This document shows, piece by piece, positions 1 to 10,519 of a stretch of DNA of 40,994 nt. The notes below the pieces were generated by a model. The model saw only the letters and a list, made by a program, of their open reading frames with translations, made no database searches and was not told the origin of the DNA. A program made the position numbers and the translations under genes. This stretch comes from Octopus bimaculoides. Taxonomy: Eukaryota. Where the stretch lies: contig NC_069000.1 in assembly GCF_001194135.2 (NCBI RefSeq), forward strand, positions 19,758,522 to 19,799,515, given 5' to 3'. Position 1 is the first letter of the stretch. Each line of letters opens with the position of its first letter.

Positions 1-407
1 TTGTATTTTGAAAGTTTCTCTATTTCTTTTAGAGAAACGTTGTCATCTGCTGGTATCGATATATCAATTAGAAAACATTTTTTTTCTTCATGATATCTGA
101 CAACTATATCTGGCCTATTGGCCTTAATTTCTCTACCTGTGTGTATTGGCATATCCCAGAGTATGGTTGCTTTCTCGTTTTCTGTGACCTTTTCTGGCGT
201 GTGCCTATACCATCTTTTTCCTGTTGTTATTCCATAGTGTTGGCATAGCTTCCAGTGTATGTTAGTCCCAGCTCTGTCGTGTCTGTGAATATATTCCTTC
301 TTAGCCAGGACTGTGCAACCAGAGATAATATGATTTATTGTTTCTTATCTATCTCCACATATTCTGCAGTTACTTGTTATCTTTGTTTTCATTATATGTT
401 TTTAGTA

Positions 408-410
<3 letters not shown>
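1..410 (-). mobile_element. 5'-truncated, decayed non-LTR retrotransposon of the RLE (R4/Dong-like) type; CCHC zinc knuckle plus PD-(D/E)xK endonuclease region; runs off the window start
   Basis: Hand translation of the minus strand: NY*KHIMKTKITSNCRICGDR*ETINHIISGCTVLAKKEYIHRHDRAGTNIHWKLCQHYGITTGKRWYRHTPEKVTENEKATILWDMPIHTGREIKANRPDIVVRYHEEKKCFLIDISIPADDNVSLKEIEKLSKYK. It contains CRxCxxxxETxxHxxxxC, RHD and NRPD..D..K motifs. There are two in-frame TAA stops, plausibly CAA>TAA. Confidence 0.93.

Positions 411-470
<60 letters not shown>
406..470. repeat. (ATT)n/(TAA)n microsatellite between the RLE fragment and the SINE pair
   Basis: About 20 perfect ATT units, read directly. Confidence 0.98.
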
Positions 471-472
<2 letters not shown>

Positions 473-704
473 GGTGGCAAGCTGGGAGGCGGTGACCTGA
501 TAGAATAGTTAGCGCCCTAGACGAAATGCTTAGCGGTATTTCATCCGTTGCTGCGTCCTGAGTTCAAATTCTGCCGAGGTCGACTTTGCTTTTCATCCTT
601 GCGGGGTCGATAAATTGAGTACCAGTCAAACACTGGGGTTGATGTAATCGACTCATTCCCTTCCCAAAATTTCAGGCCTTGTGCCTTTAGTAGAAAGGAT
701 TATT
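473..704 (+). mobile_element. tRNA-derived SINE, class A, copy 1
   Basis: A-box-like GGCGGTGACCTGATAGAA, B-box GAGTTCAAATT (560-570), central TTTCATCCTT.CGGGGTCGATAAA.T.AGTACC block, and 3' end AGGCCTTGTGCCTTTAGTAGAAAGG followed by ATTATT. Confidence 0.85.
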
Positions 705-750
705 CAGTCCTTGTGTCTTCATTAGAAAGGATTATTATTATTATTAAGAT

Positions 751-958
751 GGCGGTGAGCTGGCAGAAACGTTAACGCGCCGGGCGAATTGTTTAGCAGT
801 ATTTCACCCGACGCTACCTTCAAATTCTGTCTTTTATCCTTTCGGCGTCTATGAAATAAGTACCAATTACGCCCTGGGGTCGATGACTTCGACTCTCCCT
901 CTCACTCAAAATTTCAGGCCTTGTGCTTTTTGTAGAAAGGATTATCATTATTGTTATT
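751..958 (+). mobile_element. tRNA-derived SINE, class A, copy 2 (internal deletion)
   Basis: Starts GGCGGTGAGCTGGCAGAA, aligns by eye along its length to 473-704, and has the same AGAAAGG-(ATT)n 3' end. Confidence 0.85.
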
Positions 959-1602
959 CCAGTTCTAGCATCCGCCCGTTCCATTGCAATATAGTATTCT
1001 CCTTCCTGTTATCCACGTAGTCAACACACTGAACCGGATGCAGCTGCAACCACTCCAACCATGCAACAGATATTGTCTTTTATAACTTAAGGATTTATTC
1101 TTTGCTCNNNNNNNNNNNNNNNNNNNNNNNNNNNNNNNNNNNNNNNNNNNNNNNNNNNNNNNNNNNNNNNNNNNNNNNNNNNNNNNNNNNNNNNNNNNNN
1201 NNNNNNNNNNNNNNNNNNNNNNNNNNNNNNNNNNNNNNNNNNNNNNNNNNNNNNNNNNNNNNNNNNNNNNNNNNNNNNNNNNNNNNNNNNNNNNNNNNNN
1301 NNNNNNNNNNNNNNNNNNNNNNNNNNNNNNNNNNNNNNNNNNNNNNNNNNNNNNNNNNNNNNNNNNNNNNNNNNNNNNNNNNNNNNNNNNNNNNNNNNNN
1401 NNNNNNNNNNNNNNNNNNNNNNNNNNNNNNNNNNNNNNNNNNNNNNNNNNNNNNNNNNNNNNNNNNNNNNNNNNNNNNNNNNNNNNNNNNNNNNNNNNNN
1501 NNNNNNNNNNNNNNNNNNNNNNNNNNNNNNNNNNNNNNNNNNNNNNNNNNNNNNNNNNNNNNNNNNNNNNNNNNNNNNNNNNNNNNNNNNNNNNNNNNNN
1601 NN

Positions 1603-1638
<36 letters not shown>

Positions 1639-1678
1639 TAGATACATACATACATACATACATACGTACATACATACA

Positions 1679-1710
<32 letters not shown>

Positions 1711-1783
1711 CATATAAATGAAGTATAAGGGAAGGAAAAAGTTGTAAATGTACACACATACACTTTTATATATACACATACAC

Positions 1784-1915
1784 GTCGGGCTTCTTTCAGT
1801 TTCTGTTTACCAAATCCACTCACAAGTTATTGGTCGGCCCGAGGCCATAGTAGAAAGCACTTGATGAAGGTGTCATGCAGTGGGATTGAACCAATAACCG
1901 TGTGGTAAGGAGCAG
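1784..1915 (-). mobile_element. SINE class B (tRNA head plus CORE-like segment)
   Basis: Reverse complement matches 21697-21858, including GTTCAATCCCACTGC and ...GAGTGGATTTGGTA.AC.GAAACTGAAAGAAGCCCG. The 3' end runs into (CA)/(CATA) repeats. Confidence 0.8.
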
Positions 1916-2864
1916 GAGATTTCGCATGGCTGGAATGTCTTTCATCTACTTAAAACAGGACTGACCTGGGGCGAAACTAGAACAATTGGCAGTGGCATAC
2001 ACAACCCGTACATCCATACACACATACGCACGTATGCAAAATGAATGGGATATGAGCGTGCGTGTGTGTGTGCGTGTGTGTGCGTGCGTGTGTATGTGTG
2101 TGTGTGTGTGTGTGTGTGCATATGTCTGTGTATGTATAAGAAGAGTGATAGAAAAATAAAGGGAAAATGAGAGAGGGAGGGAGAGCGACTGAGAGAGATT
2201 GAGATAAAGAGAGAAAGAGAAAGAGAGAGAAAGAGAGAGAGAATGTATATAACGAAAGGAGGGTAGTGGTGGTATTTGAGGCATGAAGCATGACAATTCA
2301 GATATTTAATGATGTCCTGAGGGGTGGGGTACGAAAGTGAAAAGTTACCAAGTAGGAATCGAAACCGGGTCATACATGTTACTGGGTACAAGTGTGTAAT
2401 GTTGGGTAGTCGAGGTCGGTGTAGTGTGCTCAATTAAGGATCTGGCTGCGGTGCTGTAGCAGCGTGCAGAAGAGTGGTGTAGAGGTGGGTGTGGTGGATA
2501 GATGGCGCTGCAGTCTTCGGTGTGACGGTGCTCGAAGTAGTGAGGGTCACGGGGGGTTGGTAGAGTGGCGTATCGACAAGTAGAGGAGTGCAGTAAAGTG
2601 TGTGTGCGTGTGTGTGTGTGATGTCGTATAGAAGTGGTAGATTAGTGGTTTGTGGAGTGGTGTATATGTAGAAGTAGTGTAGCGATGTGTGAGTGGCGGT
2701 GATACAATGTGGCGTGCAGTAGTGTTGGCGCTAGTTGCAGTGTAGTCGCGGTGTTATATGTAGTAAAGTATGTGGAACTGAGTAATACCAGAACGGTGAT
2801 TTAGTGGTGTGGGTTGGTGGAGTTGGTGGGGGTTGAGTGATGATAATACTGGTGACGGTGATGG

Positions 2865-2913
<49 letters not shown>

Positions 2914-3565
2914 GGTGGTGGTTGTGGTTGTGGTGGCGGCAGCGGTAACTATTAAGAGTTCTGTCAGACCGGAAATTCTGCCAACCTAGTTTCAATCGAG
3001 TGTTTTCTTTCTTACAATCTGTCTNNNNNNNNNNNNNNNNNNNNNNNNNNNNNNNNNNNNNNNNNNNNNNNNNNNNNNNNNNNNNNNNNNNNNNNNNNNN
3101 NNNNNNNNNNNNNNNNNNNNNNNNNNNNNNNNNNNNNNNNNNNNNNNNNNNNNNNNNNNNNNNNNNNNNNNNNNNNNNNNNNNNNNNNNNNNNNNNNNNN
3201 NNNNNNNNNNNNNNNNNNNNNNNNNNNNNNNNNNNNNNNNNNNNNNNNNNNNNNNNNNNNNNNNNNNNNNNNNNNNNNNNNNNNNNNNNNNNNNNNNNNN
3301 NNNNNNNNNNNNNNNNNNNNNNNNNNNNNNNNNNNNNNNNNNNNNNNNNNNNNNNNNNNNNNNNNNNNNNNNNNTCTCTCTCTCTCTCTCTCACTCTCTC
3401 TCTCTCATACACGCTATCCGTCTCCTTTTACACTTTCCTTCAAACTAATTCTTTTCCTTTTCCTTCTTACTGTCTTTCATTACTTCATTCTCTTCTCAGT
3501 ATCGTGTTTCCTTCCGCTTTTCTACTCACCACCTCCTCCCTCTCTGTCTCTGTTTGTCTGTCTGC

Positions 3566-3597
<32 letters not shown>

Positions 3598-4101
3598 TCC
3601 TCTACCCAATATTCTTCTGACTACCTCTACCCCTTCACCTCCGCTCCCTGAGGAATGTCTCTTATCTCACACCCGAATACATGACAATACCGCACTTCAT
3701 CACCCTCATAGGTTCACATACCTCATTCACCAGGCTCAGCCAAATTCTGTACCCAGTACGAATATACACAAGCAATAATACCGCCGATATCCATACGGGT
3801 TGCTGCTATCAAATATTTTGTAGGACAAATCTTAGATTGGACGCAGACCACATTGATCTATTTAAACTAAATGCAGACGCAGACATAAGTGACATAAGAT
3901 AGAAATTCTCAAAAGACCAACTGTATATAGAAACTACTAAAAACATTGGCATGTCTAAAAGATCCGCGCACGCACACACACACACATGCGTACATATACG
4001 CACACACACAAACGTAAGCGTGTACGTGTGTGTGTTATAAATATACGAGATGTATAAAAATGTAATTTTCTGATTTACAGACAAGCCGTGACTGCTGTAC
4101 G

Positions 4102-4138
4102 CTGACGAGGTCTGACATACCGAAACATATGTACTCAC
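4102..4138 (+). ncRNA. Candidate minimal type-I hammerhead ribozyme motif
   Basis: CTGACGA (4102-4108), stem II GGT-ctgacat-ACC, GAAA (4122-4125), palindromic stem III ACATATGT, cleavage triplet GTA (after 4133). Stem I is imperfect (3 of 5 pairs). Confidence 0.6.
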
Positions 4139-4680
4139 TTACCCTTGTCTGCAACAGACATCAGACTGTTCATTCCTTTGCATTAAACTGAAAAACTTAC
4201 TTCTGATTTCTTGAAATGTTCTCCCTTCGTCATGAGACTTGCTAACGATTGCCTCTAGGTTTTTGTCTTCCACTCCCAGCAGCAGAAATTAAGAAAAAAA
4301 AGGAAGAATTTATTGTATAATAATACTCAATACACCGTCATTTACTCTCATTTTTCAAACTTATGTAACTGACCTCCTTTTTAATTATACAAATTACCCT
4401 TGGCCAAAAATATACCTAATTTCTTTTTCGATATATAAGGAGGACAAGATCCAGGGATCTAAGTGTATGAAGTTTGTAAGCTTCAAGCAGTCTGTGGTAG
4501 GCTTAGGAAAAAACAAGTGGGAAGTATATGATCAGGAACAATAAGAATTTATTGGCGTCGAAGGTTCCACACTTTTTCCTATATCCAAGAGATTCGATAA
4601 ACTGAAAGTTGCTAATCTTTTATCGTTTAGCTTTACTGGTTTCAGTCTTTGAATCTTGGAGGGTTTTACTCGAATGAATC

Positions 4681-4790
4681 ACCCCCAGCACTTATTTTTC
4701 TGTCTGCTTCTTATTCTATCGGTCTCTTATACCGAACTACTGAGTTACGGTGACATAAACCAGCACCGGATATCAATCGGTAGTGGGTGA

Positions 4791-4795
<5 letters not shown>
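4681..4795 (-). mobile_element. SINE class C fragment
   Basis: TTATTCTATCGGTCTC...GTTACGG.GAC.TAAAC...GACAAACAC matches 29296-29495. Followed by (CA)n and a gap. Confidence 0.75.
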
Positions 4796-4840
<45 letters not shown>

Positions 4841-5867
4841 NNNNNNNNNNNNNNNNNNNNNNNNNNNNNNNNNNNNNNNNNNNNNNNNNNNNNNNNNNNN
4901 NNNNNNNNNNNNNNNNNNNNNNNNNNNNNNNNNNNNNNNNNNNNNNNNNNNNNNNNNNNNNNNNNNNNNNNNNNNNNNNNNNNNNNNNNNNNNNNNNNNN
5001 NNNNNNNNNNNNNNNNNNNNNNNNNNNNNNNNNNNNNNNNNNNNNNNNNNNNNNNNNNNNNNNNNNNNNNNNNNNNNNNNNNNNNNNNNNNNNNNNNNNN
5101 NNNNNNNNNNNNNNNNNNNNNNNNNNNNNNNNNNNNNNNNNNNNNNNNNNNNNNNNNNNNNNNNNNNNNNNNNNNNNNNNNNNNNNNNNNNNNNNNNNNN
5201 NNNNNNNNNNNNNNNNNNNNNNNNNNNNNNNNNNNNNNNNNNNNNNNNNNNNNNNNNNNNNNNNNNNNNNNNNNNNNNNNNNNNNNNNNNNNNNNNNNNN
5301 NNNNNNNNNNNNNNNNNNNNNNNNNNNNNNNNNNNNNNNNNNNNNNNNNNNNNNNNNNNNNNNNNNNNNNNNNNNNNNNNNNNNNNNNNNNNNNNNNNNN
5401 NNNNNNNNNNNNNNNNNNNNNNNNNNNNNNNNNNNNNNNNNNNNNNNNNNNNNNNNNNNNNNNNNNNNNNNNNNNNNNNNNNNNNNNNNNNNNNNNNNNN
5501 NNNNNNNNNNNNNNNNNNNNNNNNNNNNNNNNNNNNNNNNNNNNNNNNNNNNNNNNNNNNNNNNNNNNNNNNNNNNNNNNNNNNNNNNNNNNNNNNNNNN
5601 NNNNNNNNNNNNNNNNNNNNNNNNNNNNNNNNNNNNNNNNNNNNNTCTCTCTCTCTCTCCCTTTCTCTCTCTATCTCCCTTTCTCTCTCTCTCACTTTCT
5701 CTCTCTCCCTTTCTCTCTCTCCCTCCCTCCCCCTCTCTCTCTTCCCCCCGCCACATACACACATTCCGATATGTGCGTGTGTATAAATGATAAAAAGGAG
5801 GACTCAATACACCGTACAGCCATAGAAGAAATATAAAAACATATAAAAATACATATAATATTACATA

Positions 5868-5995
5868 AGAAGTTCGCTTCACAACCACGTGATGTCGGGT
5901 TCATTCCCATTGACTGGCATCTTGGGCAAGTGTCCTCTACTATAACATTGGGCCGACTAGTGTCTTGTGAGTAAATTTGGGGACATTGCATATAT
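5868..5995 (+). mobile_element. SINE class B, diverged
   Basis: GGGTTCATTCCC...CTTGGGCAAGTGTCCTCTACTATA...GGGCCGAC...CTTGTGAGT matches the other class B copies. Confidence 0.75.
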
Positions 5996-6532
5996 CGAGT
6001 TTTTAATTTTTAACCCTGACTGGTAATGTACACCTGAAACGGCCGTAGATGGAACACCCTCCCATTTTCGGTTCCTATTTTATTTATTGCTCTTAACCTT
6101 GATATCTTGCGTCACTTCTATCTCATATCCTAGATGTATAAGGAATTTTTAGACGATTTAGGCAGTTTGCCATTTTGAAGGTTGACGCTTTTGTTCCTAT
6201 ATTTATCAACCTCACTTTCGTTGTACGCCCTCCTATATTTATCACACATAACTCTTTACATGTAATCTTTATTTATATGTAATATATCATATGTATATTT
6301 ATATGTTTTTCTATTTCTTCTATATTGTTATGTATGTTTGGTTTTATTCTTTATACCCTTGGAGAATCTTTACGCCTGTACACGCATGATTTATGTTGAT
6401 GTGTATAAATATATATGATTCAATTACATTGATTGAATATCTTCATTTATGCGTTCGGGAATCTGTTTGACTGTCTAGGATTTGCGTTTTCAATTTCCTC
6501 TGCACTGTATTTTTTCGCATTGGCTCTCCATG

Positions 6533-6576
6533 AGCCCTCCGTAAATAGCCCTCCGTAAATAGCCCTCCGTAAATAG
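6533..6576. repeat. 14-bp tandem repeat, 3 copies
   Basis: (AGCCCTCCGTAAAT)x3, read directly. Confidence 0.95.
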
Positions 6577-6602
6577 TGTGTGTGTGTGTGTGTGTGTGTG
6601 TA

Positions 6603-6687
6603 AGTGTTTTTCCACCACCACTTGACAACCGGCATTGGTTTGTTTACATCTACGTAACTTAGCAGTAAGGCAACAGAAATCACAAGA
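6603..6687 (+). mobile_element. SINE class C fragment
   Basis: CTTGACAACCGGCATTGGTTTGTTTACATCTACGTAACTTAGCAGT matches the reverse complement of 29420-29475. Preceded by (TG)n. Confidence 0.65.
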
Positions 6688-7430
6688 NNNNNNNNNNNNN
6701 NNNNNNNNNNNNNNNNNNNNNNNNNNNNNNNNNNNNNNNNNNNNNNNNNNNNNNNNNNNNNNNNNNNNNNNNNNNNNNNNNNNNNNNNNNNNNNNNNNNN
6801 NNNNNNNNNNNNNNNNNNNNNNNNNNNNNNNNNNNNNNNNNNNNNNNNNNNNNNNNNNNNNNNNNNNNNNNNNNNNNNNNNNNNNNNNNNNNNNNNNNNN
6901 NNNNNNNNNNNNNNNNNNNNNNNNNNNNNNNNNNNNNNNNNNNNNNNNNNNNNNNNNNNNNNNNNNNNNNNNNNNNNNNNNNNNNNNNNNNNNNNNNNNN
7001 NNNNNNNNNNNNNNNNNNNNNNNNNNNNNNNNNNNNNNNNNNNNNNNNNNNNNNNNNNNNNNNNNNNNNNNNNNNNNNNNNNNNNNNNNNNNNNNNNNNN
7101 NNNNNNNNNNNNNNNNNNNNNNNNNNNNNNNNNNNNNNNNNNNNNNNNNNNNNNNNNNNNNNNNNNNNNNNNNNNNNNNNNNNNNNNNNNNNNNNNNNNN
7201 NNNNNNNNNNNNNNNNNNNNNNNNNNNNNNNNNNNNNNNNNNNNNNNNNNNNNNNNNNNNNNNNNNNNNNNNNNNNNNNNNNNNNNNNNNNNNNNNNNNN
7301 NNNNNNNNNNNNNNNNNNNNNNNNNCTCAGAAGACACGCATCCACTTCTTTACTTAAGGGAGACATATAAGTTATGCTATTTATAGGCACCAAACGACGA
7401 GTGGTTTTCAATTAACCAGTGAATCCTATA

Positions 7431-7473
<43 letters not shown>

Positions 7474-7791
7474 CGTTTATCTTGTGTGTACAAGCAGATT
7501 TACAACTGTAACTGCTATGTTTCGAGCTCCACATAGATTATCATATTTCAGTCTAGTGTAGTGGCTAAGTAATTAAGTTAAACAGAAGTTTATGTTGTTA
7601 GTTCCTATGTAAGTTTCACTTGGAATTCTGCATTGGGTGCTCTAAGTGCATTCGGATATTCAACCAGAACGCGTCATCATGGAATACTTAATGCAGTAAT
7701 GAAGCGTTCCCTGATGATTCGTCCAAATGCATTTGGAACATTTAATCCATAATAGTGAGACGTATGTAAGAACTAAAATAACCTTCATTTG

Positions 7792-7847
<56 letters not shown>

Positions 7848-8167
7848 TAATGCTTTTCTGTGTGTATATATACAAATGTAAATGCTTTACCAAACAAAAC
7901 AAAATTGCACTTCATTTTGAAGCTCCAACGGAACTATAGGTTTTCACACAAGGACTCGACTTTGTGTGCATTGCGTCTTATAACAGAACCAGGTGTAAGA
8001 TAATTAAGTTCATGACATTTCTTATTCCCTTGTTATTTTAATTTCTTATATATGTGTGTGTGTGTGTGTGGGGGGGGGTCTGTGCGTACGTGCGTGTTTG
8101 TATGTGTGCCTGTGTGTGTGTATGCATTTAAGTATGTATATATGTATATATAAATGTGTATATGCTT

Positions 8168-8480
8168 ATATACAAGGTGACACTGTAAAGTTATATATTG
8201 GCAAATATGCTTTCAATAATTTTAATTAGCTACATTAATAAACGATAAATAACATTTTCAACATGATTTTTCGCTATTAGTGGTGCAAAGTTGGATGCAC
8301 TTTGCAACATTCACATGAACCCGTGGTAGTAATTCACTATTCCACCAATTTCAGCAAACTCATGATGCGTTCCTTCCGCTGATTCATCACTGGAATTTTC
8401 ATTTAGTACTTCTTCTCCGTCAGCATATCCCAGAAGATGAAACCAAGGGGACTAATATCTGCTGAGTGAGGAGCTCATTT
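8168..8480 (-). mobile_element. Decayed Tc1/mariner-superfamily (DD41D/DD37D-like) transposase C-terminus with a probable terminal inverted repeat
   Basis: Minus-strand translation *APHSADISPLGFIFWDMLTEKKY*MKIPVMNQRKERI resembles the WPPxSPDLxPLDFFxWGxLKxxVY..L.ERI motif. The segment ends at a TA-flanked CAAGGTGAC, a TIR-like sequence at about 8172. Confidence 0.55.
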
Positions 8481-8529
8481 CACCAGAATATTTGTGGTAT
8501 TTTTCATGTCTCCAGATTTTATAGTCACT

Positions 8530-8571
<42 letters not shown>

Positions 8572-8704
8572 ACATGCGTGCGCCATAGTGTGCCATGGGT
8601 TCTTAACCCCATGTATGGGTTGCTGAGAGACTGTATCTTGAGTAATTTTAGACCTGGTGAAGCATTTCCTTCTCAAAATCTGTCCATAGTCTTCCAGAAA
8701 AGGA

Positions 8705-8835
8705 AAATGATTGGTACTTTATTTATCAACCTCTAAGGGATGAAAGCAAAGGTGACTTCGACAGGATTTGAACACTGGGCGTAGGGAACCGGAACGATTG
8801 CCTCGAAACAATGTCTTCAACGCTCTAGAAGCTAA
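8705..8835 (-). mobile_element. SINE class A, diverged
   Basis: GGTACTTTATTTATCAACCTCTAAGGGATGAAAGCAAAGGTGACTTCGACAGGATTTGAAC is the reverse complement of the class A core plus B box. Confidence 0.65.
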
Positions 8836-8845
8836 TTGGTTGCTT

Positions 8846-9056
8846 ATGTATGCATGTATGTATGTATTTATGTATGTATGTATGTATGTATGTATGTATG
8901 TATGTATGTATGTATGTATGTATGTATGTATGCATGTATGTATGTATGTATGTATGTAGGTAGGTAGGTAGGTAGGTAGGTAGGTAGGTATTATGAATGT
9001 ACATACGTATGTATGTAAGTATGTATGTATAAATGTGTGTATATATGTATGTATAC
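8846..9056. repeat. Compound (TATG)n-(TAGG)n microsatellite
   Basis: Read directly. Confidence 0.95.
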
Positions 9057-10519
9057 AATTACAACTGAATGTCTCCTAGTTCACGTTAGAACTAGGTTTT
9101 AAATGAAGGTGAACTCGCATATAAACACCTGAAGTGCAATTGCTCTCAGTCTCTGATGTGCCACAGGTGTTAGAGCTGTTGCGCTGAAAAGTTAGTTCAT
9201 GTTATGCAACACTTTACCCAATCAAAAAAAACAAAGGTTCACGTGCAATAATTTCTTGGTTCTAAGAAGTGGTATTACTTGGTCACGTGTCGACTTCCTT
9301 CTTGGAAAATAAGAATGAAAGGAGTTCACAGGCAAACCAAAAAAAAAAAAAAAAGTGGTTCAGAAACACAGCTTTCGAGTATTCTTGATATGAAATCGTG
9401 TGTTGAAACAGATATTGCATCATGGAAGGATCATTTTGCCAATAAAAACAAACACTGGTTCTATTTCAGTTCTTTGTGATATTATTTGCCGTCTAATTAA
9501 TCAATTAGCTTATGGATTGCTAGAGTTTGATCAATCAATTAACTAGTTGAATTATTGGAATCCTCTTGTCGTCATTCGCAAACTCATCTATGACGTGTCC
9601 ATGTTGTTCCCTCTTTTGTGATTGTGTACATTAACAAAACTCAGCAGATCAAAACTGGATACAACGTGTCAGACTCGGAACAACGAAAACACATCATTAA
9701 TGTGTTCGCGTATGGTTACGAAAGGAATATGAAAAAAACAAAAAACAAAAACAAAAACAAGTGATTAATAGCTCAAACGATTAGATAAGTAATCGATTAA
9801 ATAACTGGTTATATAAAAGGAGTGAAATCGAACAAGTGCCATTTTTTAATTGGCAAAGTGACACAGATGCATGTATGCATGTTCGTAGGTACATACGCAG
9901 GTATGTATACTTGTATGTATGTTTGTATGCANNNNNNNNNNNNNNNNNNNNNNNNNNNNNNNNNNNNNNNNNNNNNNNNNNNNNNNNNNNNNNNNNNNNN
10001 NNNNNNNNNNNNNNNNNNNNNNNNNNNNNNGAATATATATGTATGCATGTATATATGTATGTCTGTATGTCTGTATGTCTGTATGTCTGTCTGTATGTAT
10101 GTATGTATGTATGGATGGATGGATGAATGGATGAATGGATGGATGTGTGCATGCATGTATGTATGCGATTTGCATGTCTATATGTATATTCATGCCTGTC
10201 TATCTGTCTGTCTGTCTGAATGTATGTATGTATGTATGATACATGTATGCATAATGTATGTATGCACGTATGCATACATGCCTGTTTGCCTGTCTGTTTG
10301 TATGTATGTATGCATGTATGCATGTTCGTAGGTACATACGCAGGTATGTATGCTTGTATGTATGTCTGTATGCAAGTAGGTATGTTTGTGTGTATATTTA
10401 TATCATATGTGACGTTTCTTTCTTTCTTTCTTTCTTTCCGTATTCTTGCGTTCATCCCAACATGCTAATGTTCTTCACAGATCTTCTCTCCACTACACTC
10501 TGCTTAACTTGTCCATTCC

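Noticed and set aside
473-580. A/B boxes as a tRNA gene
   Set aside because: There is no cloverleaf, and the boxes are the heads of multi-copy SINEs.
7711-7737. CTGATGA next to a 16-bp palindrome (TCCAAATGCATTTGGA); also a 19-bp near-palindrome at 28095-28113
   Set aside because: There is no downstream GAAA box, and 8-9-bp arms are expected by chance in about 33 kb of AT-rich sequence.
9866-10375. Repeated GTTCGTAGGTACATACGCAGGTATG block on both sides of a gap
   Set aside because: It is either a local duplication within a (TATG)n tract or an assembly artefact, with no functional signature.
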